Source: Candidatus Geohabitans tengchongensis (GTDB lineage: Bacteria; Sysuimicrobiota; Sysuimicrobiia; Sysuimicrobiales; Humicultoraceae). Taken from it: 64,000 bases of DNA. The notes beneath the pieces were generated by a model. The model saw only the letters and a list, made by a program, of their open reading frames with translations, searched no databases and was not told the origin of the DNA. This document shows, in pieces, positions 9,270-18,798 of the stretch; positions within the stretch are counted from its first letter, which is position 1, and each line of letters opens with the position of its first letter. Where the stretch lies: positions 18,359 to 82,358 of the forward strand of contig JAVKIH010000008.1 of assembly GCA_031459625.1 (NCBI GenBank), written 5' to 3'. Both the position numbers and the translations under genes were made by a program.

Positions 9270-11300
9270 GTGGCGTCGCGCCTGCGGCTTCCGCTCGCCT
9301 GCCTGCTCCTGCTCCAGCTTGTTTCTGCCCCTCCGCCTGCCCGCTCCGGCGCGGCCGCCGGCTCGCAGACGGATGGAGAGCCCGCCGCCACTTACGCCCG
9401 GGGCCTGGAGTCGGCGGCGCGCGGCGAGTGGCAGGTGGCCGTCGCCGCCTTTGACGGGCTCGTGCGCGCGGGCTCGATGCTGCCCTATGCGCGGTTCCAC
9501 CGCGGGAGGGCCCGGCTGGCCGTGGGCGACGTCCGCGGTGGAGCGGAGGACCTGGCGGCGGTGGCGCGGGACCAGGCTCCTCCTGCGCTCCAACGTCGCG
9601 CCCGCCTGCGCCTGGCGGAGGCTCGGCTGCGGCTGGGGCGGACCGCGGAGGCCGCCGCAGGGCTGCGGGCGGAGGTGGCGCGTCCCGAGTACTACCCGCT
9701 CGTCGTCGACACCGCGCTGGCTCGCATGCCGGAGCGGGCTGACCTGGCGGAGGCGTGGTGGCTGCTGGCCCGGGCCCTCCGGGGGCCGGACCAGCGTGCG
9801 GCGGCGCGGGCGGCGATGGTGGCCGGATGGGGGTTCCCCGAGCAGGCCCGCGCCCCTCAGGCCCGCCGGGCCGCCACTGCCTGGCTCGGGCGTCATCCAC
9901 GCCCCGCCGACCTGCCCGCGGAGGCGCACCTGGCGCGGGCGGTGTGGCTGTGGGGACGGGGGAGCTTCGCCGAGGCGCGCACGGCCATCGTCCGTGCCGT
10001 GCGCCGCCCGCCCCGCGCGCCGGCCGCAGCGGCCCAGGCGTGGTTCGTCTGGGGCGTGCAGCACCTCGGCGCGGACCCGCGCGCGGCCGCCGGGGCGATC
10101 GCCCGTGCCGTGGCGCTGGCCGGTCGCCTGGGCATGGACCCGGGCACGGCACCCTACTGGCAGGCGCGGGCGCTGCTGCGCGGCGGCGACGAGGCCGGGG
10201 CCGCGCGGGTCGCCGAAGGGCTGCAGCGTCGCGACGCACGCCAGGCCGCGCGCATCGCCCTCGACCTCGCGCTGGCGGCGGAGCGGCGCGGCGACCTCAC
10301 CACTGCCGAGCGGTGGCTGCGGGTCGCTGCGCAGGCGCGGGAGGGCCTGAACGCCGAGGAGGCGCGCTGGCGCCTGGGGTGGGTGGCGTGGCGCGCCGGG
10401 CGGTCGGAGGAGGCGCGGGCGCGCTGGGTCCAGGCCGCGCAGACCGAGCCGCGCGTGGCCCGCGCGGCGGCCGCGCTCTACTGGGCGGCGCGGGCCACAC
10501 CCGACCGCAGCGAACGCCTCCGGCTCCTCCAATCCGCCGCGCAATCCCCTCCCTGGAGCCTCTACGCGGCGCTGGCCAGGGAGCGTCTGGGACTGGGGAC
10601 GACGCTGGTGCCGCCGGGCGCGCTGTCCGACAGCTCCTCCAGCCCCCCTGCGGGCAGCGCCGCCGAGCGCACGGCGCTGGCCCGTGCTCTTCTGGAGGCG
10701 CGGGCCTCCGGTGAGGCTGCGGAAGCCGCCGCCTGGGCGGGGGACCGGGTGACGCAGGCCACCGCCCTGCACGCCGCCGGCCGTCACCCCGAGGCCATCC
10801 GCATCGCCGAGGAGCTCCTCTTCGACGACCTTGCCGCACTCCACCTGGCCTATCCCCGCCTCTTCGCGCAGGCGGTGGCGGAGGAGGCCCGGCGCGCGGG
10901 CCTGCCGGCGGCGCTCCTCTTCGCGCTCGTCCGGGAGGAGAGCCGCTTCGACGCGCAGGCGGTCTCGCCGGCGGGCGCGGTAGGCCTCACCCAGGTCACG
11001 CCGGGCACGGCGGCAGGTCTGGCCGGCCGTCCGCTCCCGGTGGACGAGCTGCTGCGCCCGGCGGTGAACCTGCGCCTGGGCGCCACCTACCTGGCCCGCC
11101 AGCTCCGCCGCTTCCGCGGGAACGAGGTGCTGGCGCTCATCGCCTACAACGCGGGGCCGGGGGTGGCGGCACGCCTGGCCCGCACCCTCCCGCTGGACGA
11201 CCTCCCCGCCGCGCTCGAGACCATCCCCATCCGGGAGACCCGCGGGTACGTCTACCGGGTCTTGCAGGGCCGGCGGATCTACGCCGCCCTGGGGCGCTGA
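9270..11300 (+). CDS. Lytic transglycosylase (SLT domain) with N-terminal TPR-like superhelical region
   Basis: GTG start gives signal peptide VASRLRLPLACLLLLQLVSA. C-terminus ALVREESRFDAQAVSPAGAVGLTQVTPGTA...ALIAYNAGPG is the SLT catalytic domain (ES...GLMQ/AYNAG motifs). Confidence 0.75.
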   Translation: MASRLRLPLACLLLLQLVSAPPPARSGAAAGSQTDGEPAATYARGLESAARGEWQVAVAAFDGLVRAGSMLPYARFHRGRARLAVGDVRGGAEDLAAVARDQAPPALQRRARLRLAEARLRLGRTAEAAAGLRAEVARPEYYPLVVDTALARMPERADLAEAWWLLARALRGPDQRAAARAAMVAGWGFPEQARAPQARRAATAWLGRHPRPADLPAEAHLARAVWLWGRGSFAEARTAIVRAVRRPPRAPAAAAQAWFVWGVQHLGADPRAAAGAIARAVALAGRLGMDPGTAPYWQARALLRGGDEAGAARVAEGLQRRDARQAARIALDLALAAERRGDLTTAERWLRVAAQAREGLNAEEARWRLGWVAWRAGRSEEARARWVQAAQTEPRVARAAAALYWAARATPDRSERLRLLQSAAQSPPWSLYAALARERLGLGTTLVPPGALSDSSSSPPAGSAAERTALARALLEARASGEAAEAAAWAGDRVTQATALHAAGRHPEAIRIAEELLFDDLAALHLAYPRLFAQAVAEEARRAGLPAALLFALVREESRFDAQAVSPAGAVGLTQVTPGTAAGLAGRPLPVDELLRPAVNLRLGATYLARQLRRFRGNEVLALIAYNAGPGVAARLARTLPLDDLPAALETIPIRETRGYVYRVLQGRRIYAALGR

Positions 11301-11410
11301 CGCTCCTGGAACCCTGACGCCCCTGGAGCGCTAACGCCCTGGCGCGGTGACGCGCCCAGGAGCGCCCGACGGGCCCCGGAGCGCCGACGGGCCCCGGAAA
11401 GCGCGGACGC
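11298..11410. repeat. Degenerate tandem array (~6 units of ~18 bp, core TGACGC/CGACGG...GGAGCGC)
   Basis: tgacgctcctggaaccc / tgacgcccctggagcgc / taacgccctggcgcgg / tgacgcgcccaggagcgcc / cgacgggccccggagcgc / cgacgggccccggaaagcg, immediately after the SLT stop. Confidence 0.35.
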
Positions 11411-11570
11411 CGCCCGGACCTGGACGCGGTGTGACCTCCAGGCGCTAGAATGCCCGAGGCGGCCCGTTCCGGCCTCGTCCAGGGTGGTGGCGGTTGCCGT
11501 GCGCGCCGCCACCGCGGGTCGGGACGCCCACATCCGCCGGACACACCCGATCCCGGCACCGGAAGGAGGG

Positions 11571-12158
11571 ATGCCCGTGGCCTCGATGTCCGTCCTGGAG
11601 GCGATCCGCACCCGCCGCAGCATCGCCCGGCTGCGCCCCGACCCCGTCCCCCGCGAGGTGGTAGAGCGGGCGCTGGACGCCGCGGTGTGGGTGCCGAACC
11701 ACCGCCTCACCGAGCCCTGGCAATTCTTCGTCCTGCAGGGCGCGGCCAAGCGCCGCTTCGCGGAGATCCGCCGCGACTTCCGGCGCGCCTCCCTGCCCAA
11801 CCCCGACGCCCCGGAGGCCCAGCCGGCGCTGGAGAAGCTCTACGCGGACACGCTGGCCACCCCGCTCGTGATCGTCGTCACCGCGCACGTGGCCGAAGAC
11901 CCCGAGGTGCGCGAGGAGGACTTCTGGGCCACCTTCGCGGCGACGTACGCGCTGATGCTGGGGCTGTGGAGCGAGGGCGTGGGCAGCTACTTCCGGACGG
12001 GGCCGCTGCGCGACTACCCGCCGCTGCGGGAGCTGCTGGGCCTGCCGGCGGACCGGCGCATCACCGGCGTGCTCTACGTCGGCTACCCCGCCGACGTCCC
12101 GCAGAAGCGGCGCACGCCGGCGACGGAGAAGACGGTCTGGCTCGACGGCCAGGGGTAG
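11571..12158 (+). CDS. Nitroreductase family protein
   Basis: MPVASMSVLEAIRTRRSIARLRPDPVP is the classic nitroreductase N-terminus. ATG preceded by GGAAGGAGGG. Confidence 0.75.
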   Translation: MPVASMSVLEAIRTRRSIARLRPDPVPREVVERALDAAVWVPNHRLTEPWQFFVLQGAAKRRFAEIRRDFRRASLPNPDAPEAQPALEKLYADTLATPLVIVVTAHVAEDPEVREEDFWATFAATYALMLGLWSEGVGSYFRTGPLRDYPPLRELLGLPADRRITGVLYVGYPADVPQKRRTPATEKTVWLDGQG

Positions 12159-12277
12159 GAGACCACCCGCCACCAGGCGGCCGGCAGGGGCGCCTGGCGG
12201 ACCCGCCGAATGTCGCGAACGGTCCCGTCGGGGCCGGACGTCGCAGCCGCCCGGCAGTGGGGCCAGGGAGGGTGCGC

Positions 12278-12706
12278 GTGAGCGACACGGCCGCCTACGT
12301 GGCGTCGCTGCGGAAGGTCCCGCTCTTCGCCGGGCTCACCGCGGAGGAGCTGAGCCTCATCGCCCGCTCGGTGAAGGAGCGGGTCTACGAGCCCGGGGCC
12401 GTCATCGTCCGCCAGGGGGACCCGGGGGTGGGGTTCTACCTCATCGTCGACGGGCGGGTCGAGGTCACCCACGACGGCCACCGCATCCGGGAGCTGGGCC
12501 CGGGGGAGTTCTTCGGGGAGATGGCCCTCATGGAGGAGCGCGCCCGCACGGCCACGGTCACGGCGCGGGAGCGCACCCGCTGCCTGCAGCTGGTCCGCTG
12601 GGACTTCCGCGCTCTGCTGAAGGAGCACCCCGACCTGGCGGTGCGCCTGCTGGAAGTGGTGGTCCGGCGCCTCCGGGAGCACCCCCTCTCGCGCGAGCAG
12701 GAGTAG
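12278..12706 (+). CDS. Cyclic nucleotide-binding domain protein
   Basis: GTG start; LRKVPLFAGLTAEELSLIA...GEFFGEMALME...RTATVTA is a cNMP-binding (Crp-type effector) domain with no HTH. Confidence 0.7.
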   Translation: MSDTAAYVASLRKVPLFAGLTAEELSLIARSVKERVYEPGAVIVRQGDPGVGFYLIVDGRVEVTHDGHRIRELGPGEFFGEMALMEERARTATVTARERTRCLQLVRWDFRALLKEHPDLAVRLLEVVVRRLREHPLSREQE

Positions 12707-12755
12707 CCCCGCCGACCCGCGCCCTCACGCCACGTCGGGTCGGCTCACGCACCAT

Positions 12756-12784
12756 TTGACGAGCTCCGCGCGGTTCGCTACCAT
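12756..12784 (+). promoter_or_regulatory. Putative sigma-70-type promoter for the IclR gene
   Basis: TTGACG, 17 nt spacer, TACCAT, ~28 nt upstream of the ATG at 12812. Confidence 0.3.
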
Positions 12785-12811
12785 ACTCCAAATTCAGAAT
12801 CCTCTTCCGCC

Positions 12812-13663
12812 ATGCGAAATGGACACCCGGCCCCGCGACTGAACGGCGCTCGCGCCCTGGAGAAGGGCGTGCGCCTCCTCCTGCTCCTGGCGTCCCGCGA
12901 CGGCCCGCAGCCCCTCTCCGCGCTGGCCCTCCGCGGCGGGCTCCCGCCCAGTACGGCCCACCGCCTGCTGGCCACCCTGGTCCGCCTGGGCGTCGTGGAG
13001 CAGGAGCCGGAGACGCGGCGCTACCGGATCGGTCCGCGCACGGTGGCCTTCGCCGCCGACGTCCTGCAGCAGACCGACCTGACGCGGGAGGCGGCGCCGG
13101 TCCTCCACGCGTACGTGCGGGAGACCGGCGAGGCGATCTCCCTGGCCACCCTGCAGGAGGGCGAGGTGGTGCTCCTGGAGCAGGTCCGCGGCGTGGACGC
13201 CCCGCGCCTCTTCCTGCACATCGGCCGCCGGGCCCCGCTCCACAGCACGGCGCTCGGCAAGGTGCTGGCCGCCGGCCTGCCCGACGAGGAGGTGCGGCGG
13301 CTCCTCGGTCAGCGCGGGATGGCCCGGCTGACCCCGCGCACGATCACCTCGCCGCGGCGCTTCCTGGAGCACCTGGCAGAGGTGCGCCACCTCGGCTACG
13401 CCCTCGACGACGAGGAGACGGTGCAGGGCGCCCGCTGCCTGGCCGTCCCCGTCCGCGACCACCGCGGGCGCGTCGTGGCCGCACTCAGCAGTTCCGGGTC
13501 GACCGGCGCCTGGAGCGCCGGGCACATGGCCGCCGTGCGCGAGGCCCTGGTACGCGCCGGCAGCCGCCTGTCCGCGCGGCTCGGCTATCGCCCTGACGGC
13601 GTCGCCGCCGCGGGCGCGCGCGTGCCGGCCGGACCGCCGGGCCCGGGAAGGGAGGGACGATAG
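12812..13663 (+). CDS. IclR family transcriptional regulator
   Basis: N-terminal HTH (LSALALRGGLPPSTAHRLLATL) and C-terminal IclR effector domain (LHSTALGKVLAAGLPDEE, GYALDDEETVQGARCLAVPV). Confidence 0.85.
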   Translation: MRNGHPAPRLNGARALEKGVRLLLLLASRDGPQPLSALALRGGLPPSTAHRLLATLVRLGVVEQEPETRRYRIGPRTVAFAADVLQQTDLTREAAPVLHAYVRETGEAISLATLQEGEVVLLEQVRGVDAPRLFLHIGRRAPLHSTALGKVLAAGLPDEEVRRLLGQRGMARLTPRTITSPRRFLEHLAEVRHLGYALDDEETVQGARCLAVPVRDHRGRVVAALSSSGSTGAWSAGHMAAVREALVRAGSRLSARLGYRPDGVAAAGARVPAGPPGPGREGR

Positions 13664-14737
13664 ATGGCTCGAGTCACATCCACCACCCTCTGGCGGGGAG
13701 CCGCCCTGTGCCTGGTCGGCGTCCTCCTCCTCGGCCTGCTGGTCCTGCCGGCGGCGGTCGCGGCGCCCCGCGTGCGGCTCACGATGTTCATCTGGGCCGG
13801 CGCCAACCAGGGCGTGGTCCCCCGCGAGGTGGTCGCCCGCTACGTGCGGACCCACCCGCACGTCGAGGTGGAGTTCTGGGAGTCCAACAACACGGTGACC
13901 TACCCGCGCATGGTGGCGGCCAAGCAGGCCAACCCCAACAACCCGCTGATCCACTTCGGCTACTTCAACGTCGACGCCAGCAGCCGCGGGGACGTGGACG
14001 ACATGTGGCTGCCGCTCGACCCGGCGCGCATCCCCAACATGCGGGCGGTGCACGCCAGCCTGCGGCGCCCCGGGAACCGGGGCATCGGCTACGGGATCAG
14101 CGCCCTCGGGCTGATGTACAACAAGGACCTGGTCAAGGACCCGCCCGACTCGTGGACCGCCCTGTGGGACCCGAAGTGGCGGGGCAAGGTCACCTTCTTC
14201 GACAACAACTTCTTCCCCCTGGTGCTGGCGGCGCGGCTCAACGGCGGCTCCGAGCGGAACATCGACCCCGGGTTCCGGATCTGGGCCGAGAACGCCAAGA
14301 ACATCCGTGCCCTGGTGACCAGCAACGACCAGCTGAAGAACATGCTGGTGAGCGGCGAGGCCCTCCTGGCCCCCTGGTTCACCAGCATCTGGGCCTTCTG
14401 GGCGGCGGAGGGGGCCCCCCTCGGCTTCGTCAACCCCAAGGAGGGTGTGATCGCCTTCCCCATCTACCTCCAGATCGTCAAGGGCAGCACCCCCGAGCAG
14501 GTGCGGGTGGCCGAGGAGATCATCAACGAGCTGCTCGCCACCGAGAACAACGCCCGCTACGCCCGGCTGACCTACAGCATCCCGGCGATCCCCGGGGCGC
14601 CGCTGTCGCCGACCGTGGAGAAGATCCTCAACCCCCGCCTGCTCGACACGGCCATCTGGCTCGACTGGGCGACCATGGCGCAGCAGGCCAGCGTGTGGCG
14701 GCAGCGCTGGGAGCGCGAGGTGAAGTCCCGGCTGTAG
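13664..14737 (+). CDS. ABC transporter substrate-binding protein, PotD/PotF-like
   Basis: Signal peptide, then PotD-family body (YPRMVAAKQANPNNPLIHFGYFNVD, GISALGLMYNKDLV, WDPKWRGKVTFFDN). Confidence 0.8.
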   Translation: MARVTSTTLWRGAALCLVGVLLLGLLVLPAAVAAPRVRLTMFIWAGANQGVVPREVVARYVRTHPHVEVEFWESNNTVTYPRMVAAKQANPNNPLIHFGYFNVDASSRGDVDDMWLPLDPARIPNMRAVHASLRRPGNRGIGYGISALGLMYNKDLVKDPPDSWTALWDPKWRGKVTFFDNNFFPLVLAARLNGGSERNIDPGFRIWAENAKNIRALVTSNDQLKNMLVSGEALLAPWFTSIWAFWAAEGAPLGFVNPKEGVIAFPIYLQIVKGSTPEQVRVAEEIINELLATENNARYARLTYSIPAIPGAPLSPTVEKILNPRLLDTAIWLDWATMAQQASVWRQRWEREVKSRL

Positions 14738-14821
14738 GCCGGCGGAGGCAGGGCGCCGCGCCCGGGGGCGCGGTGGGGAAGCAGAGCGCCGCGCCCCCGG
14801 GGGCGCGGCGGGGAGGCAGGC

Positions 14822-16021
14822 GTGGACGCACAGGGAGCGGGAGTCCCGGCCGTCGAGGTGCGGGGGGTCACCAAGCGCTTCGGCGCCCTGGTGGCCGTGT
14901 GCGAGGTCTCGTTCGCCGTGGCCGAGGGGGAGTTCTTCTCCCTGCTGGGGCCCTCCGGGTGCGGCAAGACGACCACCCTGCGCCTCATCGGCGGGTTCGA
15001 GCTGCCCGACGCCGGCGAGGTCTGCATCGGCGGCCGGCCCATGGGCCGGACCCCGCCCAACCGCCGGGAGACGAACATGGTCTTCCAGCGCCTGGCCCTC
15101 TTCCCCCACTACACGGTCTACGAGAACGTCGCCTTTGGCCTGCGGATGCGGCGGGTCCCCGAGCGGGAGGTGCGGCGGCGGGTGGGCGAGGCGCTGGAGC
15201 TCGTGCGCCTGGAGGGGCTGGGGCCCCGCCGGGTGACGGAGCTCTCCGGCGGCCAGCAGCAGCGCGTGGCGCTGGCCCGCGCCCTCGTGACCCGCCCGCG
15301 CGTCCTCCTGCTGGACGAACCCCTCAGCTCGCTCGACCTCAAGCTGCGCCTGCAGATGCAGGAGGAGCTCAAGCGCCTGCAGCGCGAGGTGGGCACGACG
15401 TTCATCTACGTCACCCACGACCAGGGCGAGGCGCTGGCGATGAGCGACCGCGTCGGGGTCATGGCCGGCGGTCGCCTCTACCAGGTGGGCGACCCCCTGG
15501 AGATCTACGAGCGCCCCCGCACGCGCTTCGTCGCCGGCTTCATCGGGGATGCCAACCTCCTGGACGGTGTCGTGGAGGCGCTGGGGCCGACGTGGGTGAC
15601 GCTGCGCGTCGACGGGGTGCGCGTCCAGGGACGCCGCGGCGGGTGGGAGGCGGTGGGGCGACGGGCGACGCTGTGCCTGCGCCCCGAGCGCGTGCGGGTG
15701 GAGTCGCGGCCGCCGGTCGGCGGTGGCGCGCTGCGCGGCCGCGTGGAGGACCGGGCGTTCAGCGGGCACGTCGTGCGGTACCGGCTGCACGTCGGGCCGC
15801 TGCGGCTGCAGGCGACCCTGCCCTACGTGGCCGGGATGCCGCTCCACGCCCCCGGCGACGAGGTGTGGGCCACGTGGGACCCGGCGCAGGCGGTGACGGT
15901 GCCGCCCGACGATGAGGCGGGGGCGACGGTGGAGGCAGCAGGCCGGGTGCCCGGGCGCGCGGCCGCCCTGACCCGGTCCGAGGTCGCGGTGCCCGCCGCC
16001 CTGAGGGAGGGAAGGGGATGA
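14822..16021 (+). CDS. ABC transporter ATP-binding protein, PotA-like (with C-terminal TOBE-like domain)
   Basis: Walker A GPSGCGKTT, ABC signature LSGGQQQRVALARAL, Walker B LLLDEPLSSLD, H-loop YVTHDQ. Confidence 0.85.
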   Translation: MDAQGAGVPAVEVRGVTKRFGALVAVCEVSFAVAEGEFFSLLGPSGCGKTTTLRLIGGFELPDAGEVCIGGRPMGRTPPNRRETNMVFQRLALFPHYTVYENVAFGLRMRRVPEREVRRRVGEALELVRLEGLGPRRVTELSGGQQQRVALARALVTRPRVLLLDEPLSSLDLKLRLQMQEELKRLQREVGTTFIYVTHDQGEALAMSDRVGVMAGGRLYQVGDPLEIYERPRTRFVAGFIGDANLLDGVVEALGPTWVTLRVDGVRVQGRRGGWEAVGRRATLCLRPERVRVESRPPVGGGALRGRVEDRAFSGHVVRYRLHVGPLRLQATLPYVAGMPLHAPGDEVWATWDPAQAVTVPPDDEAGATVEAAGRVPGRAAALTRSEVAVPAALREGRG

Positions 16022-17004
16022 GGCGCACGCTGGACGTGGGCGGCGTCGCCGCCCTGCCGGGCACGCGCGCCCTGGGGGATGTCGTGGCCGGCGAGCTGCC
16101 GGACGGCACCCCGGTGCGGTTGCCGCTCCTGGTGCTCAACGGCGCCGACGACGGGCCGATCCTCTGGCTGGGCGCGGGCCTCCACGGCACGGAGGTCCCG
16201 GGCATGGAGGTGATCCGGCGGGTCGTGCGGGAGGCGGTCGACCCCGCCCGGCTGCGGGGCGCGGTCGTGGCCGCCCCGCTGCTCAACCCCTTCAGCTTCC
16301 ACCAGCACCAGATGCTCACCCCCCAGGACGGCTACAACCTCAACCGCGTCTTCCCCGGCGACCCCGAGATGCTCCTCAGCCACCGGCTCGCCGCCCTCAT
16401 CGCCCGGCTGGCGGCGGGGTGCGACGCCTACCTGGACTTCCACGCCAACCCCACCCCGGCGATGGAGTTCAGCATCATCCGCCATCCCGGCGACGAGGCG
16501 CTCTGGCGGCGCAGCCGCGCCCTGGCGGAGGCGTTCGGGATCACCACCATCGAGATGGCCCCCGTGCACGAGCGCCACCGCACCGGGACCTTCACCGACA
16601 TGGTGCAGGGGTGGGGGAAGCCCTGCCTGGTGCTGGAGCTGCTGGCCTGGCGGCGCGTGGACCCGCGCTCGCTCCAGACCGGCGTGCGCGGCACGCTCAA
16701 CGTCATGCGCCACCTGGGGATGCTCGACGGCGCGCCGGAGCCGCAGGTGGACGTTCCGGTGATCCCCGGCCCCCTCTCCCGGATCGAGCTCACCGCCAAC
16801 CGGGGCGGGCTGGTCCACCCCCTGCGGGACCCGGGGACGGCGGTGCGCGAGGGCGAGGTCATCGGGCTGATCCGGAATCCCTGGGGGGACGTGGTGGAGG
16901 AGGTTTGCAGCCCGCGGGACGGCTGGATTCTCGCCTGGCCACTGCTGGGGACCCAGGCGGTGGCCACCGGCGACATCCTCACCTTCATCGCCTTCCGGCC
17001 GTGA
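16018..17004 (+). CDS. Succinylglutamate desuccinylase/aspartoacylase (AstE/AspA) family zinc hydrolase
   Basis: LWLGAGLHGTEVPG (H-x-x-E zinc site), YLDFHAN, and overall M14-like AstE_AspA architecture. Embedded between the ATPase and the permeases of the Pot-like operon, with a 4-nt overlap. Confidence 0.65.
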   Translation: MRRTLDVGGVAALPGTRALGDVVAGELPDGTPVRLPLLVLNGADDGPILWLGAGLHGTEVPGMEVIRRVVREAVDPARLRGAVVAAPLLNPFSFHQHQMLTPQDGYNLNRVFPGDPEMLLSHRLAALIARLAAGCDAYLDFHANPTPAMEFSIIRHPGDEALWRRSRALAEAFGITTIEMAPVHERHRTGTFTDMVQGWGKPCLVLELLAWRRVDPRSLQTGVRGTLNVMRHLGMLDGAPEPQVDVPVIPGPLSRIELTANRGGLVHPLRDPGTAVREGEVIGLIRNPWGDVVEEVCSPRDGWILAWPLLGTQAVATGDILTFIAFRP

Positions 17005-17066
17005 GGGGCTGAGGCGGTCTCCCGGCCGTGAGGGGCTGAGGCGGTGTCCGGGGTGGCAGGCGCGCG

Positions 17067-17915
17067 ATGAGGCTCCGGGGGCCCCTGGCGATGGCGTTCC
17101 TCGCCCCGGCGCTGCTCGTCATGGCCGGGCTCTACGCCGTGCCGCTGGGCGTCTACCTGGTGAACAGCTTCCATCGCTTCGAGGCCGGGCGGATCCTCCC
17201 GGGCTGGACGTGGGAGACCTACGCGGCGTTCTTCACCGACCCGTTCGCCTATCGGGTCATCGGCCAGTCCCTCCGCCTGGCCGTCCTGGTCACGGGGCTG
17301 GCTCTGCTGCTGGGCTACCCGCTCGCCTACGCGCTGCACACCCGGGTGCGCCGCCCGGGCAGCCGCGCGGCGGTGGCGCTCCTCCTCTTCTCGCCGCTGG
17401 TGGTCAGCGTCGTGGTCCGGACCTACGGGTGGTTCATCCTCCTGGCCACCCGGGGGCTGGTGAACACGGCGCTGCGGGCGTCGGGCCTGGTCGACACGCC
17501 CCTGCCGCTGCTGTTCAACCTGCGCGGCGTGGTGGTCAGCCTGACCCACATCCTGCTGCCGTTTGCCGTCTTCCCCATCTACAGCGTGCTGGTCCGGCTG
17601 GACACCACGCTGAAGGACGCCGCCCGCGACCTGGGCGCCGGCCCCTGGGCGACCTTCACGCACATCACGCTGCCCCTGACCATGCCGGGGGTCGTCGCCG
17701 CGGCGTTGATCTGCTTCACGCTGGCCCTCAGCAGCTTCGTGACGCCGCAGCTGCTGGGCGGGGGGCGCGTCCAGGTCCTGCCGCTCGTGGTCTACCAGAG
17801 CACGGTGGAGATCAACTGGCCGCTGGGAGCCGTGGCCGGCCTCACCCTGCTCGTCCTGTCCCTCGCCGCCGTCTGGACCCTCAACGGCCTGCTGCGACGG
17901 CTGCCGAGCGTGTGA
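17067..17915 (+). CDS. ABC transporter permease, PotB-like
   Basis: 6-TM permease with EAA-like loop DAARDLGAGPWATFTHITLP. Confidence 0.85.
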   Translation: MRLRGPLAMAFLAPALLVMAGLYAVPLGVYLVNSFHRFEAGRILPGWTWETYAAFFTDPFAYRVIGQSLRLAVLVTGLALLLGYPLAYALHTRVRRPGSRAAVALLLFSPLVVSVVVRTYGWFILLATRGLVNTALRASGLVDTPLPLLFNLRGVVVSLTHILLPFAVFPIYSVLVRLDTTLKDAARDLGAGPWATFTHITLPLTMPGVVAAALICFTLALSSFVTPQLLGGGRVQVLPLVVYQSTVEINWPLGAVAGLTLLVLSLAAVWTLNGLLRRLPSV

Positions 17916-17934
17916 GGGCCGGGAGGTACCGGGG

Positions 17935-18783
17935 ATGAGCGTGCTGGCGCAGGACCTGCGGGCGGCGTCCCGGGAGGAGCGCGCCGAGGCGGTGCGCACG
18001 CTGGTGCTCCGGGCGGGCCTGGCCCTGGGCGTCGGGTTCGTCCTCCTGCCGCTGGCGATCGTGGTCGTCTACTCCTTCAGCAGCGTCGCCTACGGGGTCT
18101 TCCCGCCGCCGGGGCTGTCGCTCCGCTGGTACGGCCACCTCCTCGCCCAGGAGGCGTTCCGGGGCGCTTTCCTGCGCAGCGTGGGGATCGGGGTGTGCGC
18201 CACCGCGCTCGCCCTGGCCGTGGGGCTGCCCGCCGCCGTCGTGCTGGTGCGGGCGCGCTTCCCCGGCCGCGACCTGCTGCGTGCCTTCCTCCTCTCGCCC
18301 ATCGTCATGCCGAAGATCGTGCTCGGGGTGGGGTGGTTCATCTTCTTCGCCCGTCTGGGGCTGGAGGGGGGCGTGGGCCCCCTCGTCCTCGCCCACACCG
18401 TCGTCGTGCTGCCCTTCGTGGTGACGATCCTAGCGGCGAACCTGGTGGGGTTGGACCCCTCGGTGGAGGAGGCGGCCCAGGACCTGGGGGCGGGGGTGGC
18501 GACGGTGCTGTGGCGCATCGTCCTCCCGCAGATCCGCCCGGGGGTGGCGGTGAGCGCCGTGCTCGCCTTCATCGTCTCCTTCGATCAGGTGGAGAGCTCG
18601 ATCTTCTTGACCCGCGGCGCCAACAACACGCTGCCGGTCGAGATGTTCCTCTACATGGAGAAGTGGCAGGACCCGACCATCGCTGCGCTCTCCACGGTGC
18701 TGATCGGGTTCGCTGCGGCCCTGGTGGCGGCGGGCCTGGTCCTGGCGCGAGGCGCCGACCTGCGCCGGCTGCTGGGGCGCTGA
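17935..18783 (+). CDS. ABC transporter permease, PotC-like
   Basis: 6-TM permease with EAA loop EEAAQDLGAGVATVLWRIVLPQIRPG. Confidence 0.85.
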   Translation: MSVLAQDLRAASREERAEAVRTLVLRAGLALGVGFVLLPLAIVVVYSFSSVAYGVFPPPGLSLRWYGHLLAQEAFRGAFLRSVGIGVCATALALAVGLPAAVVLVRARFPGRDLLRAFLLSPIVMPKIVLGVGWFIFFARLGLEGGVGPLVLAHTVVVLPFVVTILAANLVGLDPSVEEAAQDLGAGVATVLWRIVLPQIRPGVAVSAVLAFIVSFDQVESSIFLTRGANNTLPVEMFLYMEKWQDPTIAALSTVLIGFAAALVAAGLVLARGADLRRLLGR

Positions 18784-18798
18784 CGGGGCACGCGGGCG

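Noticed and set aside
9033-10844. 603-aa and 339-aa minus-strand ORFs antisense to the lytic transglycosylase gene
   Set aside because: Pure Arg/Pro/Gly composition, no domain. They arise from the absence of stop codons on the antisense strand of a GC-rich gene.
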